A stretch of DNA of 64,000 nt from an uncultured Chloroflexia bacterium (GCA_963746845.1 CAVVCZ010000008.1:1-64000), one strand, 5' to 3'; counted from the stretch's first letter, positions 19,253 to 29,720 are shown. Notes: generated by a model not told the origin, from the letters alone. Program-made: numbers and translations.

Positions 19253-20295
19253 CGTTCCAGTCGCCCCTCCTGCTGCTCACGATCGGGCTCGTCCCGCTGT
19301 TCGTGCTGGCCACGCGCCGGATCGACGAAGGGCGCCGACGCAAGCTGGCGACGCTCGGCGGCATCGGACGGCTGACGAGCGGCGGAGGGTCGGCGGCCAC
19401 CGGCACGCCCGGCACGCCCGGCACGCCCGGCACGAGGAGCCTCGCGGACCGGATTCCCGCGTTCCTCGTCATCGCCGCGCTCGTGCTCTTCGCGATCGCG
19501 CTGGCGCGGCCGCAGGCCACGGTGGCCCTGCCCCGCGTCGAGGGGACGGTCGTCCTGACGTTCGACGTGTCCGGCAGCATGGCCGCCGACGACGTCCAGC
19601 CGACGCGGATGGAGTCCGCCAAGGCGGTCGCCAAGGCGATCGTCGAGCGTCAGCCCCAGGGCGTCGTGATCGGCGTGGTCGCCTTCTCCGACGCCGGCCT
19701 GTCGATCCTCGCCCCGACCTCCGATCAGGCGACGGTCCTCCAGGCGATCGACCGGCTGGGTCCGGCGCGCGGGACGTCCGTCGGCCAGGGGATCCTCGCC
19801 GCACTCGATGCGATCCAGCAGGCGGAGGCCGACACGCCGCCCGGCTACTACAGCAACCGCTCCGCGCCACCGACCGAGGCCCCGGCGCCCGTCGCGCCGG
19901 GCAGTCACGCGGACGCCGCGATCGTCCTGTTCAGCGACGGCGAGAACAACGAGCGACCGGACCCGCTGAGCGCGGCCCAGGTCGCCGCGAACGAGGGCGT
20001 CCGGATCCTGACCGTCGGCGTCGGGACGACAGGCGGCACGACGCTCGATCTCGACGGGTTCCGCGTTCAGACATCCCTGGACGAGGCGCTGCTCCAGCAG
20101 GTCTCGAGCGTGACCGACGGCACGTACCAGCCCGCGGCGAGCGCCGATCCCGGCGCGGTCTACACGAATCTCTCCGCACGGCTGGTCTCACGCGACGAGG
20201 AGATCGAGGTCACCGCGCTCGTCGCGGGCGCCGGGCTGATCCTCCTGGTCGCGGGCGTGATCACGTCGCTCGCGCGCTCGGGACGGTTGCCGTGA
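19249..20295 (+). CDS. BatA-like membrane VWA domain protein
   Basis: ALARPQ, FDVSGSM.A.D..PTR MIDAS, LFSDGE, C-terminal TM. Confidence 0.9.
   Translation: MTFQSPLLLLTIGLVPLFVLATRRIDEGRRRKLATLGGIGRLTSGGGSAATGTPGTPGTPGTRSLADRIPAFLVIAALVLFAIALARPQATVALPRVEGTVVLTFDVSGSMAADDVQPTRMESAKAVAKAIVERQPQGVVIGVVAFSDAGLSILAPTSDQATVLQAIDRLGPARGTSVGQGILAALDAIQQAEADTPPGYYSNRSAPPTEAPAPVAPGSHADAAIVLFSDGENNERPDPLSAAQVAANEGVRILTVGVGTTGGTTLDLDGFRVQTSLDEALLQQVSSVTDGTYQPAASADPGAVYTNLSARLVSRDEEIEVTALVAGAGLILLVAGVITSLARSGRLP
19402..19434 (+). repeat. In-frame 9-bp tandem repeat (GGCACGCCC, 3 full copies plus a partial) encoding GTP-GTP-GTP-GT
   Basis: Seen directly in the sequence. Confidence 0.85.
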
Positions 20296-20334
20296 TCGGC
20301 TCGTCCGCCACCCCTCTCGGGACGAGGAGCTGAC

Positions 20335-21408
20335 ATGGAGTTCCAGTGGCTCGGCCTGCTCGTGCTCCTCGCGATCGTCCCGATCCTCATCGCGATCTAT
20401 GCCTGGAGCCTGCGTCGCCGGCGCCGGGGCGGCGCCCGGTACTCCAGCCTCGCGCTGGTGCGGGACGCGCTGCCGGGCTCGATGCGCCTGCGCCGGCACC
20501 TCCCGTTCGCGCTCCTCGCCGCGGGCGTCGCGGTGGCCGTCGTGGCCCTCGCCCGGCCGTCGGTCGTGCTCAGCGTCCCGACGAACCAGACGACGATCAT
20601 CCTGACGATCGATGTGTCGGGCAGCATGTGCTCCACGGACATCCTGCCGACGCGCCTCGAGGCGGCCGAGGACGCCGCCGTCGCGTTCGTGACGAGCCAG
20701 CGGGCCGAGACCCAGATCGGGATCGTCGCGTTCAGCGGGTTCGCGGCCGTGATCCAGCCCCCGACGACCGACCAGCGGGCCCTCGTCGACGCGATCCGCA
20801 GCCTCACGACCGGGCGGCGGACGGCGATCGGCAGCGGGATCCTCACCGCGATCGATGCGATCTCCGAGGTCGACCCGAACGTCGCCCGGAGCGTCCAGCC
20901 GGGTCGCCCGGGTGTCGCGCCGCCGCCGGTCCCCGCGGGCGCCTACGCGCCGGACATCGTCGTGCTCCTGACAGACGGGGCGAGCAACGCGGGCCCGGCG
21001 CCGATCGATGCCGCCCAGCAGGCGGCCGACCGGGGTCTCCGCGTCTTCACGATCGGGTTCGGGTCGGTCGACGGCGGCGAGCTCGATCCCGCCTGCCGGC
21101 GCCAGTTCATCGGCAACGAGCCGGGCCAGGGGCTCGGTGGCGGGTTCGGCGGTGGCGGCGGGTTCGGCGGTGGCGGCTTCCCGCGCGGGATCGACGAGGA
21201 GACGCTGAAGTCCGTCGCGAAGCTGACCGGCGGCGACTACTACCCCGCCGACAGCGCCCAGCAGCTCGAGCAGGTCTTCACCGGCCTGCCGACGACCCTG
21301 ATCACGAAGCACGAGGTCGTCGAGGTCAGCTTCGGGTTCGTCGGGCTGGGCGGCCTCCTCGCCGCGTTCGCCCTCCTGCTCGGCCGCGCCTGGCGTCCGT
21401 TGCCCTGA
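20335..21408 (+). CDS. BatA-like membrane VWA domain protein
   Basis: RHLPF, ALARP, IDVSGSMCSTD..PTRL, LLTDG, GGGFG insert, C-terminal TM. Confidence 0.9.
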   Translation: MEFQWLGLLVLLAIVPILIAIYAWSLRRRRRGGARYSSLALVRDALPGSMRLRRHLPFALLAAGVAVAVVALARPSVVLSVPTNQTTIILTIDVSGSMCSTDILPTRLEAAEDAAVAFVTSQRAETQIGIVAFSGFAAVIQPPTTDQRALVDAIRSLTTGRRTAIGSGILTAIDAISEVDPNVARSVQPGRPGVAPPPVPAGAYAPDIVVLLTDGASNAGPAPIDAAQQAADRGLRVFTIGFGSVDGGELDPACRRQFIGNEPGQGLGGGFGGGGGFGGGGFPRGIDEETLKSVAKLTGGDYYPADSAQQLEQVFTGLPTTLITKHEVVEVSFGFVGLGGLLAAFALLLGRAWRPLP

Positions 21409-21444
21409 CGTTCCCCGGCCGGTGGCCCACGCTGGCGCAAAGTC

Positions 21445-21458
21445 GTTGCATGTGCAAC
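21445..21458. promoter_or_regulatory. Palindromic operator GTTGCA-TG-TGCAAC (MarR-like) upstream of the LUD gene
   Basis: Perfect 6-bp inverted repeat in an AT-richer patch overlapping a possible -10 (AACAAT). Confidence 0.45.
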
Positions 21459-21535
21459 AATCGGCGCGGAGACCGGTGCGACCGGCGCCAGGTCGGCGCG
21501 GTTCGTTGGCCGGGACGAAGGAAATCGATATCCCC

Positions 21536-22159
21536 ATGGCCGTTGCGCCGCTCAGCCTTCCCACCACGGCCGGTGAGGCCGTCATCCAGCGCGTCGCGAA
21601 GAAGCTCCGCGCGAACAACATCGAGGTCGTCGTCGTCGACACGGGCGACCAGGCCCGCGACGAGGTCCTGGCCCGGATCGAGCCCGGCTCCGAGGTCCAC
21701 AGCGGCAAGAGCCTGACGCTCGAGGAGATCGGCGTCTTCTCCGCGCTCCACGAGGCGGGCCGGTTCGACGCGATCCGCCCGAAGCTCCAGTCGATGGACC
21801 GGGCGACCCAGGGCCGCGAGATGCGCAAGCTCGGCGCGGCCCCGGATACGATCGTCGGCAGCGTCAACGCCGTGACCGAGGACGGCGTCCTCGTCGTCGC
21901 GTCGGCGACCGGCAACCAGCTCGGGGCGTATGTCGCCGGCGCCGGTCGGGCGATCTTCGTGATCGGCAGCCAGAAGATCGTGCCGGATCTCGACGCCGCG
22001 CTCGCACGGATCCGCGAGACGGTCTTCCCCTACGAGGACGCACGCGTCCGGGCGGTGCTCGGGGTCGGCACGAAGCTCGAGAAGGTGCTCCTGATCTACG
22101 GCGAGTGGGTCAGCGATCGAACCACGGTCATCCTCGTCCGGGAGCCCGTCGGGGTCTGA
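21536..22159 (+). CDS. LUD-domain (LutC/YkgG-like) protein
   Basis: V.SG.SLTLEEIG, GSVNAVTEDG.LV.ASATGNQ, VIGSQKIVPDLD.A..RI. Confidence 0.8.
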   Translation: MAVAPLSLPTTAGEAVIQRVAKKLRANNIEVVVVDTGDQARDEVLARIEPGSEVHSGKSLTLEEIGVFSALHEAGRFDAIRPKLQSMDRATQGREMRKLGAAPDTIVGSVNAVTEDGVLVVASATGNQLGAYVAGAGRAIFVIGSQKIVPDLDAALARIRETVFPYEDARVRAVLGVGTKLEKVLLIYGEWVSDRTTVILVREPVGV

Positions 22160-22378
22160 TCCGCGGCGCTTCGTCTCGTTCGCGGGGCCCGGTCGGCCAC
22201 CAGGCGGCCCAATCGACCGGCGAAACGCGCCTCACGGACGCAATCTCGTCGATCCGGGCCGCCACGCGGACCAACGAGCCTCGTGAACCAGATCTGACAG
22301 GCCTGCGACGGGCCGCATCGGTCGTTTCGTCCACCTGACGGCCAGCCGCCAGAGCCCCGAAGGCGGGGTCTGCGCCGG

Positions 22379-24061
22379 TCAGCCGGCGACGCTCGCCACC
22401 AGCGCCTGGGCCTCCTCGAGCAGCCGCTCGAGATGGGCCTCGCCGCGCCAGCTCTCCGCGTAGACCTTCGCGACGTTCTCCGTGCCCGACGGCCGGGCGG
22501 CGAACCAGCCGTTGTCCGTCGCGACCTTGAGCCCGCCGATCGGGGCGTCGTTGCCGGGCGCCCGGGTGAGGATCGACGTGATCGGGTCGCCCGCGAGCGT
22601 TGACGCGGTGACGTCCGACGGCGACAGCCTCGCGAGGACCGCCTTCTGGTCGGGCGTGGCCGGCGCGTCGACGCGGCGGTAGGCCGGCGCCCCGAACCGG
22701 TCCGTGAGCTCGCGGTAGGCGACACCCGGATCGCGGCCGGTCCGGGCCGTCAGCTCGCAGGCGAGCAGGTCCGGGATGATCCCGTCCTTGTCGGTCGTCC
22801 AGACGGAGCCGTCCCGACGGAGGAACGAGGCGCCCGCGCTCTCCTCCCCACCGAACCCGATCGTGCCGTCGATCAGGCCCCCGACGAACCACTTGAACCC
22901 GACCGGCACCTCGACGAGGCGCCGGCCGACGTCGGCGACCACCCGGTCGATCATCGACGACGACACGAGCGTCTTCCCGACCCCGATCTCCGCGGCCCAC
23001 TCCCGCGCCCCGCCGAACAGGTACGCGATCGCGGCGCTGAGGAAGTGGTTCGGGTTCAGGAGGCCCGCGTCCGGGGTGACGACGCCGTGCCGGTCCGCGT
23101 CGGCGTCGTTGCCGAGCGCGAGCTCGAACCGGTCGCGCAACGCGATCAGCCCGGCCATCGCCGACGGCGACGACGGGTCCATCCGGATCTTCCCGTCCCA
23201 GTCGTAGGTCATGAACCCGAACGTCGGGTCGATCCGGGTGTTGACGACGGTGATGTCGAGGCCGTGCCGCTCGGCGATCGCCGCCCAGTAGCCGACGGAC
23301 GCCCCGCCCATCGGGTCGACGCCGATCCGGAGGCCGGCGGCACGGATCGCCTCCAGGTCGACGACGTTCGGCAGGTCGGCCACATAGCCGCCGAGGAAGT
23401 CGTGCGGCCGGGCCGCCGCGGCGACATCGTTCGCCGACGCGCGGCGGATCCCCGCGATGCCGTCGCTCCCCTTCCCCTCGAGGAGCCGGTTCGCCTCGGC
23501 CTGGACCCACCCGGTCACGTCGGTGTCGGCCGGGCCGCCGTTCGGCGGGTTGTACTTGAACCCGCCGTCCTCCGGCGGGTTGTGCGACGGGGTCACGACG
23601 ATCCCGTCGGCGAGACCGCGCCCGGCGGCCGCGTCGGCGTCGGATGGCGGGATCCGGCGACCGCGGTTCGCGACGAGGATCGCGTGGGAGACCGCGGGCG
23701 TCGGCGTGACGCCGAGCTCGTCCGAGGCGACGCGGACCTCGACGCCGCGTGCGGCGAAAACCTCGAGGGCCGTCGCGGTCGCGGGCACGCTCAGGGCGTG
23801 CGTGTCGCGGCCGAGGAAGAGCGGTCCGTCGTAGCCGTGCGCCGCCCGGTACCGGCAGATCGCCTCGGTGATCGCGAGGATGTGGGCTTCGTTGAAGGCC
23901 CCGCGGAACGAGGAGCCTCGATGACCTGATGTCCCGAAGGCGACCCGCTGGGTCGGATCCGACAGATCGGGCGTGATCTCATGGTAGGCGCGGAGGAGCG
24001 CGGCGACGTCGACGAGCGTCCTCGGATCGGCCGGCTTGCCGGCGAGCGGGCTGTTCGGCAC
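22379..24061 (-). CDS. pgm: Phosphoglucomutase (alpha-D-glucose-1,6-bisphosphate dependent)
   Basis: [42 protein letters not shown]; leaderless GTG start inferred. Confidence 0.95.
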   Translation of the reverse strand: MPNSPLAGKPADPRTLVDVAALLRAYHEITPDLSDPTQRVAFGTSGHRGSSFRGAFNEAHILAITEAICRYRAAHGYDGPLFLGRDTHALSVPATATALEVFAARGVEVRVASDELGVTPTPAVSHAILVANRGRRIPPSDADAAAGRGLADGIVVTPSHNPPEDGGFKYNPPNGGPADTDVTGWVQAEANRLLEGKGSDGIAGIRRASANDVAAAARPHDFLGGYVADLPNVVDLEAIRAAGLRIGVDPMGGASVGYWAAIAERHGLDITVVNTRIDPTFGFMTYDWDGKIRMDPSSPSAMAGLIALRDRFELALGNDADADRHGVVTPDAGLLNPNHFLSAAIAYLFGGAREWAAEIGVGKTLVSSSMIDRVVADVGRRLVEVPVGFKWFVGGLIDGTIGFGGEESAGASFLRRDGSVWTTDKDGIIPDLLACELTARTGRDPGVAYRELTDRFGAPAYRRVDAPATPDQKAVLARLSPSDVTASTLAGDPITSILTRAPGNDAPIGGLKVATDNGWFAARPSGTENVAKVYAESWRGEAHLERLLEEAQALVASVAG

Positions 24062-24204
24062 GCCCTTGAGCGTACCGCGATCAGCGGGCGCCGAGCGCGG
24101 CGACGCGCCTTCCGCGGCGACAGGCCCACCGTTCGTCATTCGTCGCGCTCCCTTGCCGACGGGCGCCGATGGGACAGCGGGTCGGGTGCGGCGATCCTCG
24201 TCCC

Positions 24205-24651
24205 ATGACCGCCCTCCCGATCCGAGCCCCCGAGCCAGTCGACCTGATCCACGAGCCATCGCTCCGACGCCTGCTGGGCGCCGCGATCGTCGGCGGGATC
24301 GGGGCGATCGCCTTCTCCATCGCCATCGCCAACAGCTTCGTCGGTACGCTCCACCACCTGCCCGCCGCGTCCGCGGCGGTCCCGTGGTTCGTCGGGATCG
24401 GCGCGCTCAACGTCGTCGTCGCCGCGGCGCTCGCGGCCCGCCGCGACGTGGTCCGCACGATCGCCGCCGTGATCACGGGCCTGACGGCCCTGGCTGCCGC
24501 GACCGCGGCCGCGATGACCGCCGCCGGCGTCGATCCGTTCGGTCTGTCGGGCTCCGGCCAGCCGGCCCCGAGCGGCGTCGGGATCCTCGCCGTCAGCGCG
24601 GTCCTGTACGGCGCCGCGACGCTCCTCGCCGGCGGATCCTCCGAGGCCTGA
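24205..24651 (+). CDS. Hypothetical 4-TM membrane protein
   Basis: Hydrophobic segments, GC3-rich codon usage. Confidence 0.6.
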   Translation: MTALPIRAPEPVDLIHEPSLRRLLGAAIVGGIGAIAFSIAIANSFVGTLHHLPAASAAVPWFVGIGALNVVVAAALAARRDVVRTIAAVITGLTALAAATAAAMTAAGVDPFGLSGSGQPAPSGVGILAVSAVLYGAATLLAGGSSEA

Positions 24652-24732
24652 CTCCCGGCGCGGGTCGCTCCGCGCTCCGCGCTGCCGCGCGACCCATCGC
24701 GGTTCGGCGATGATCGGCGCGGAGGTGCCCCG

Positions 24733-25137
24733 ATGTCCGTCTTCCCCGCCGACGCCACCGACCTCACGCGGCTGCTGGTCGTCGCCGATCTCGCCCGATC
24801 GGTCGCCTGGTATCGCGACGTCCTCGGCGCCGAGATCGTCGGCGAGTACGGCGGGACGTCCGCGGTCGTGCGGTTCGTCGGGTCGTGGCTGCTGCTCGTC
24901 ACGGGCGGCGACCCGACGGCCGACAAGCCGACCGTATCGATGGCGCCGCCGTCCGATCCGGATGTCGTCGATGCCGAGCTGATCGTCGCGGTCCCGGACT
25001 GTCACGCCGCGCACGACGAGCTCATCGAGCGCGGGGCCACGTTCCTGGCCGCCCCGGTCGAGTACGCCTGGGAGATCCGGGCCTTCTTCCGCGATCCCGA
25101 CGGCCACTTGTTCGAGATCACCCAGCGTCGCCACTGA
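24733..25137 (+). CDS. VOC/glyoxalase family protein
   Basis: V.DL.RS..WY.DVLG, W.IRAFFRDPDGHLFEI; SD GGAGG. Confidence 0.9.
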   Translation: MSVFPADATDLTRLLVVADLARSVAWYRDVLGAEIVGEYGGTSAVVRFVGSWLLLVTGGDPTADKPTVSMAPPSDPDVVDAELIVAVPDCHAAHDELIERGATFLAAPVEYAWEIRAFFRDPDGHLFEITQRRH

Positions 25138-25228
25138 CACCGATCACGCGGGAGCACGGGCAGGGACCCGACGCCGGCAACGAGAGACCGGCGGCCCGCC
25201 GAAGCGGACCGCCGGTCGGACGCCGTGC

Positions 25229-25648
25229 CTAGAGGGCGGGCGTCGGGCTGGACGAGTCGTTCGACGGCGTCGTCGAGCCTCCTGAACCGGAGCTGCCGGA
25301 ACCGGTGCCGCCGGATCCCGAGCCGCCCATGTTCGGGCAGTTGTGGCCGGTCCCCGCGTGGGGAGCCTGACCCTGAGGCGCGGTGGTGCCCGGAGCGGTC
25401 CCGTTGCCGGAACCACCGGAGCCGCCGGCCGCCGGCTGGCTCGCGCTCGGGGCCGTCGATCCGGACGGATCGGCGGCGAACGCCACCGCCGTCCCACCGA
25501 CGACCAGCAGGCCGACGGCGAGAGCAGCGGTCGCGACGCCACGACGGACGCCGCTGAACCAGGGAGTGGATGCCGCGACGGGCGGCGGGGCCGCGGTCAC
25601 GGGTTCAAGGGGTGCCGGCTCGTTGGCCGGCACGTCATACCAGGTCAT
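25229..25648 (-). CDS. Small exported Gly/Ser/Pro-rich protein
   Basis: SD AAGGAG, signal/TM segment ending AFA, low-complexity tail containing GHNCPNMG. Confidence 0.6.
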   Translation of the reverse strand: MTWYDVPANEPAPLEPVTAAPPPVAASTPWFSGVRRGVATAALAVGLLVVGGTAVAFAADPSGSTAPSASQPAAGGSGGSGNGTAPGTTAPQGQAPHAGTGHNCPNMGGSGSGGTGSGSSGSGGSTTPSNDSSSPTPAL

Positions 25649-25891
25649 CGTTGACTCCTTCGTGAGGTGGTCTCGAGCGGTGCGTCAATGCCTGTTCATC
25701 GGCACCTCCGTGGGGGGATGGGGTGAACCGCAACCGCGAACGGTCACGGGCCCCGTGGGCTCTCCCCGACGGCTGGTCGACGTCCGATGACGGAACCGCC
25801 GTCGCCGCCCCCACGGCAACCTGGTGATGGGTGGCTGCCGCGCGTCGGGCGGAGGGCCTCGGGGCTCCTCCGACCCGCGCGTCGGCGGCGC

Positions 25892-26948
25892 TCACGGGAA
25901 CCGGTTGAACCAGTGCGCCGCGAGGCCCGCGCCGGCGACCACGAGCACGAGCCCGGCCGCCGCGAACCACTGGGTGACCTCGCGCTCCTCGGACGTGTAC
26001 CCGATCTTCGAGCCGAGGCTCTGGTAGATCTGGTCGAGGTCCGAGGCCGTCGGGGCCTGGAAGGAGCGTGCGCCCGTCGCCTCCGAGATCGCAGCCAGCG
26101 TCTCGGTATCCGGTGGGACATTGACCGTGTGGAGCTGGCCCAGCTCGTCGGGAACCGTCACGACGCCGTCGGCCGTGCCGAGCGCGATCGTGTAGATCGG
26201 GACGTTGAGGGCCGCCGCCTTCTCCGCGGCCGGGATCGGCTCCATGTCCCCGGTCGAGTTGGCGCCGTCCGACAGGAGGACCGTCGCGACGATCGGCTTC
26301 TCCTCCTCTGGCGTCGCGGAGCCGGACGGAGCCGGCGCCGCGGACGCGCCCGCGGAGGGATCGGTCGACGCGGCCGGGGACGGGACGGCGTTCGCCGTGG
26401 CCGCATCCGGGTCGAGCCCGGCCGCCTGGAGCGACTCGATGATCGCGTCGCCGAGGGCGGTGCCGCCGTGCGCGCGGAGGTTGTCGAGCGCCGCGTGGAG
26501 GGCCGCCCGGTCGGTCGTCGGCTGGACGAGCGTCTCCGGCGCGGTCGAGAACGCGACGAGCCCGACCTTGAACCCGGCCGGCAGCCGGTCGATGAAGTCC
26601 GAGGCCGCCTTCTCGGCCGCCGCCAGGCGGCTCGGTGAGACGTCCGTGGCCATCATCGAGCCCGAGATGTCCATCGTGAGGATGATCGTGGCCTCCTCGC
26701 GGGGCACCGCGACCGTCATCGACGGGCGGGCGAGAGCGAACACGAGCGCCGCGGCGGCGACCAGGTACAGAGCCGGCGGAACGTGGCGTCGCCAGGCCGG
26801 CGTCCTCGGGACGAGGTTGCCGAGCAGGTCGACGTTGGTGAACCGGACGACGTAGCGGCTGCGACGCCGCTGCGACGAGCCGGTAGAGGATCAGCCCGAC
26901 CGGCACGAGCAGCAGGCCGAGCAGCAGGATGGGATCAGCGAAGGTCAT
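25892..26948 (-). pseudogene. BatA-like VWA protein with one +1 frameshift near 26873 (pseudogene or sequencing error)
   Basis: N-terminus MTFADPILLLG..LYRLV continues as QRRRSRYVVRFTNVD..RHVP..ALARP..MDISGSM after removing one base; 1057 bp = 352 codons + 1. Confidence 0.8.
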
Positions 26949-27892
26949 GACCGGATTCCTCGGAGGCGCAGCTCTCCGGCCAGGGTCCGGAGCCAGTCGC
27001 CGGCGGTGGACAGGACGATGTGGTCGACACCGAGCCGGCGGAGGTCGGTGGCCACGGATTGGCGCTCGGCGGCGGCCGCGGCGACGTAGCGCTCGCGGAG
27101 CCGCGGGGAGGACGTGTCGACGCGGACCTCGCGGCCGGTCTCGGCGTCGACGAGGGTCAGCTCGCCGACATCGGGCAGATCGGCCTCGCGGGGATCGTCG
27201 ATCTCGATCGCGAGAACGTGGTGACGGGCGGCCAGCGCGGCCAGCGGGCCCCGCCAGTCGCGCGGACCACGGAAGTCCGACACGAGGATCACGAGACCAC
27301 CGCGGGGCGCGGCCGCATTCGCGATCCGGAGTGCGTCGGCCGGTGACGTGGCGCCGGTGCCCTCCTCGACGGTCTCCACCCGCGACGCGAGCAGCAGACC
27401 GAGGAGGCCGGCGCGGCCGGCGGCAGGCGGGAGGCGCCGATCGCGCGACCCGCCGAACGTGACGATCCCGAGGCGGTTGCCACGTTGGGTCGCCAGGTGG
27501 CCGATCGCGACCGCGACGCCTTCGGCGACGTCCGCCTTGCGGCGATCGGCGGTGCCGAAGGTCATCGACGGCGAGACGTCCAGGAGGAGCCAGGCGGTCA
27601 GCGCGCGCTCGGGGACGTGGACCCGCACGTGCGGGATCGTCGTCCGGGCGGTGACGTTCCAGTCGATCCGGCGGACGTCATCGCCTGGCTCGTACGGCCG
27701 GATCTGGGCGAGCTCCGTGCCGCCGCCGAGGTCGTGCGCCCGGTACTCCCCGGGGATCAGGCCCCGGATCCGGCGCCCGACCGTCAGGTCGAGCGCGCGG
27801 AGAAGCGCCTCCGGCGTGGGACCGGGCCCGGGACGCTCCCGGGTCCGGCCGCGCTGGAGATCGGAGGCGGCGCCGGCAAGGCCGACGGTCAC
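26945..27892 (-). CDS. DUF58 domain protein
   Basis: RPYEPGDDVRRIDWNVTAR, DVSPSMTFG, VSDF. Confidence 0.92.
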   Translation of the reverse strand: MTVGLAGAASDLQRGRTRERPGPGPTPEALLRALDLTVGRRIRGLIPGEYRAHDLGGGTELAQIRPYEPGDDVRRIDWNVTARTTIPHVRVHVPERALTAWLLLDVSPSMTFGTADRRKADVAEGVAVAIGHLATQRGNRLGIVTFGGSRDRRLPPAAGRAGLLGLLLASRVETVEEGTGATSPADALRIANAAAPRGGLVILVSDFRGPRDWRGPLAALAARHHVLAIEIDDPREADLPDVGELTLVDAETGREVRVDTSSPRLRERYVAAAAAERQSVATDLRRLGVDHIVLSTAGDWLRTLAGELRLRGIRS

Positions 27893-29142
27893 GCCGACAC
27901 CTCGATGTCGTCGGCCGGCGTCGTCGGGGCCGTCGGGAAGGACCCGGCGAAGGCCGTGCCGCTCGCGACCGAGACGTTGGCGACGGGCTCGGTGACCGCG
28001 CCGCGGGCGAGCGCGCCGCGCTCGGCGGCCTCGGCCCGGGCCAGGAGGCTGTCCTGGGCGACGCGCGGCACGGGGACGGCCGAGATCAGCCGGTCGAGGA
28101 TCATGTCGGCCGTGACCTCCTCGGCGAGGGCCGTGAAGCTCGGGACGACCCGGTGGCGGAGCACGTCGCGGGCGAGGTCGACGACATCACCCGGGACGAC
28201 GTAGCGCCGGCCGCGGACGAGGGCCAGGGCCCGGGCCGCATGGACGAGGTTGATCGAGCCACGCGGGCTGGCGCCGAAGGCGATGTACGGCTTGACGTTC
28301 GGCAGGCCGACACGCTCGGGGAACCGGGTCGCGGTGGTGAGGGCGACGGCGTAGTCGACGATCGGCCGGTCGACATAGACCTCGGTCGTCATCGCCTGGA
28401 GCACGGCCAGCGACTGGGCGCTGAGGATCGGGCGGATCGTCGCGGCCGAGTGGAGCGACCGCTCGACGACGAGAGCCTCCTCCTCGGCGCTCGGGTAGCC
28501 GACGACGACCTTCATCATGAACCGGTCGACCTGGGCCTCCGGCAGCGGGTAGGTGCCCTCGGACTCGATCGGGTTCTGGGTCGCCATGACGAGGAACGGC
28601 TTCGGGACCGGGTGGGTCTCCGGGCCGATCGTCACCTGGCGCTCCTGCATGACCTCGAGCAGCGCGGACTGGACCTTCGCCGGGGCGCGGTTGATCTCGT
28701 CGGCGAGGAGGAAGTTGCAGAAGACCGGCCCGAGCTCCGTGTCGAACGTGCCCCGGTCCGGGCGGTAGATGCGGGTCCCGACGAGGTCGCCCGGGACGAG
28801 GTCCGGGGTGAACTGGATCCGGCGGAACGAGGCGTGGAGGACGTCGGCAAGGGTCTTGATCGTGAGGGTCTTCGCGAGACCCGGGACGCCCTCGAGGAGG
28901 AGGTGCCCACCGGCGAGGAGGGCGACGAGGACCCGCTCGAGCATCGCGTCCTGGCCGACGATGACCCGGCGGATCTCGTACAGGACGGCCTCCGCGGTCT
29001 GGCGGGCGTCGATCGCGTTGTCGATGCGGTCGCGATCCGGTCGCGGCGCGCGTGGGGAGTCGGCGGCAGAAGCCGCGACGGCGCCGGACGCTGCGTCGGC
29101 GCGAAACGAATCGGTCACATGGATCTCCGCGCCCGTGGGCAC
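27889..29142 (-). CDS. MoxR-family AAA+ ATPase (second copy)
   Basis: EGVPGLAKT, RIQFTPDL, LADEINRAPAKVQSALLE, EGTYPLPEAQVDRF. Confidence 0.94.
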   Translation of the reverse strand: MPTGAEIHVTDSFRADAASGAVAASAADSPRAPRPDRDRIDNAIDARQTAEAVLYEIRRVIVGQDAMLERVLVALLAGGHLLLEGVPGLAKTLTIKTLADVLHASFRRIQFTPDLVPGDLVGTRIYRPDRGTFDTELGPVFCNFLLADEINRAPAKVQSALLEVMQERQVTIGPETHPVPKPFLVMATQNPIESEGTYPLPEAQVDRFMMKVVVGYPSAEEEALVVERSLHSAATIRPILSAQSLAVLQAMTTEVYVDRPIVDYAVALTTATRFPERVGLPNVKPYIAFGASPRGSINLVHAARALALVRGRRYVVPGDVVDLARDVLRHRVVPSFTALAEEVTADMILDRLISAVPVPRVAQDSLLARAEAAERGALARGAVTEPVANVSVASGTAFAGSFPTAPTTPADDIEVSA

Positions 29143-29202
29143 GGGCGATCAGCTCAGTGGTGGCGTGGCGACCTCACTCCGTCGGACCATGCCGTTGGAG
29201 GC

Positions 29203-29235
29203 AGATTCGCGGGAGCCCATGAGAGGAGCCTGAAA
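29203..29235 (-). promoter_or_regulatory. OmpR/MprA-type direct-repeat box plus -10
   Basis: TTTCAG-GCTCC-TCTCAT-N10-GAATCT on -. Confidence 0.5.
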
Positions 29236-29483
29236 GCCCTCGGGGGGTGCTCGCGGCCTGCCGCCGGCACGCCTGCCGGTCGTCTGGCTCGAACGACAGC
29301 CACGACGTCCTTGGACGCGGCCGGCGGCGAATTGGCGCCGGATCGGCCTCAAGCGCCGCGCTGGCCGCCGAATGAGCCGGAAACAGCCGTCCCCCCGGAA
29401 TGCAGGCAGCTAGGGCTCTCGTGGCTGGCGAGTGATCGACGCGGAGCCTCCGGCCGCCAGGGTTCCTCCGCCGACCTTTTCGT

Positions 29484-29720
29484 TGCCAGATCGACGTGGG
29501 GTGTCGATTGGCGCCGCAGAAGCCGCAAATCAGTGCCAGATCGACGTGGGGTGTCGGTTGGGCGTTGCCGGCTGCACGCAACGAGCCACCTGGCGCCTTA
29601 CCGCTGTCGCCTGCGGGCCTTGGATCGATGGCACGAGTCTGCCTCATCGACGCCCGGTGTCGATCTGTCAGCCAATCCGGGCGATCCGGGCCGTCGTCGA
29701 CAAGGGGCGTCGAACGGTCA
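29484..29720. repeat. Four palindromic TCGAC-N7-GTCG(A) units: two direct plus two inverted
   Basis: Units begin at 29491, 29541, 29647 and 29697; the first two share TGCCAGATCGACGTGGGGTGTCG. Confidence 0.7.

Noticed and set aside
22160-22378. Small ORF or ncRNA in the LUD/pgm convergent gap
   Set aside because: No convincing coding signal, repeat or conserved structure found by eye
29484-29720. CRISPR array
   Set aside because: Only two near-identical direct units, the others are inverted and degenerate, and there are no cas genes in the window
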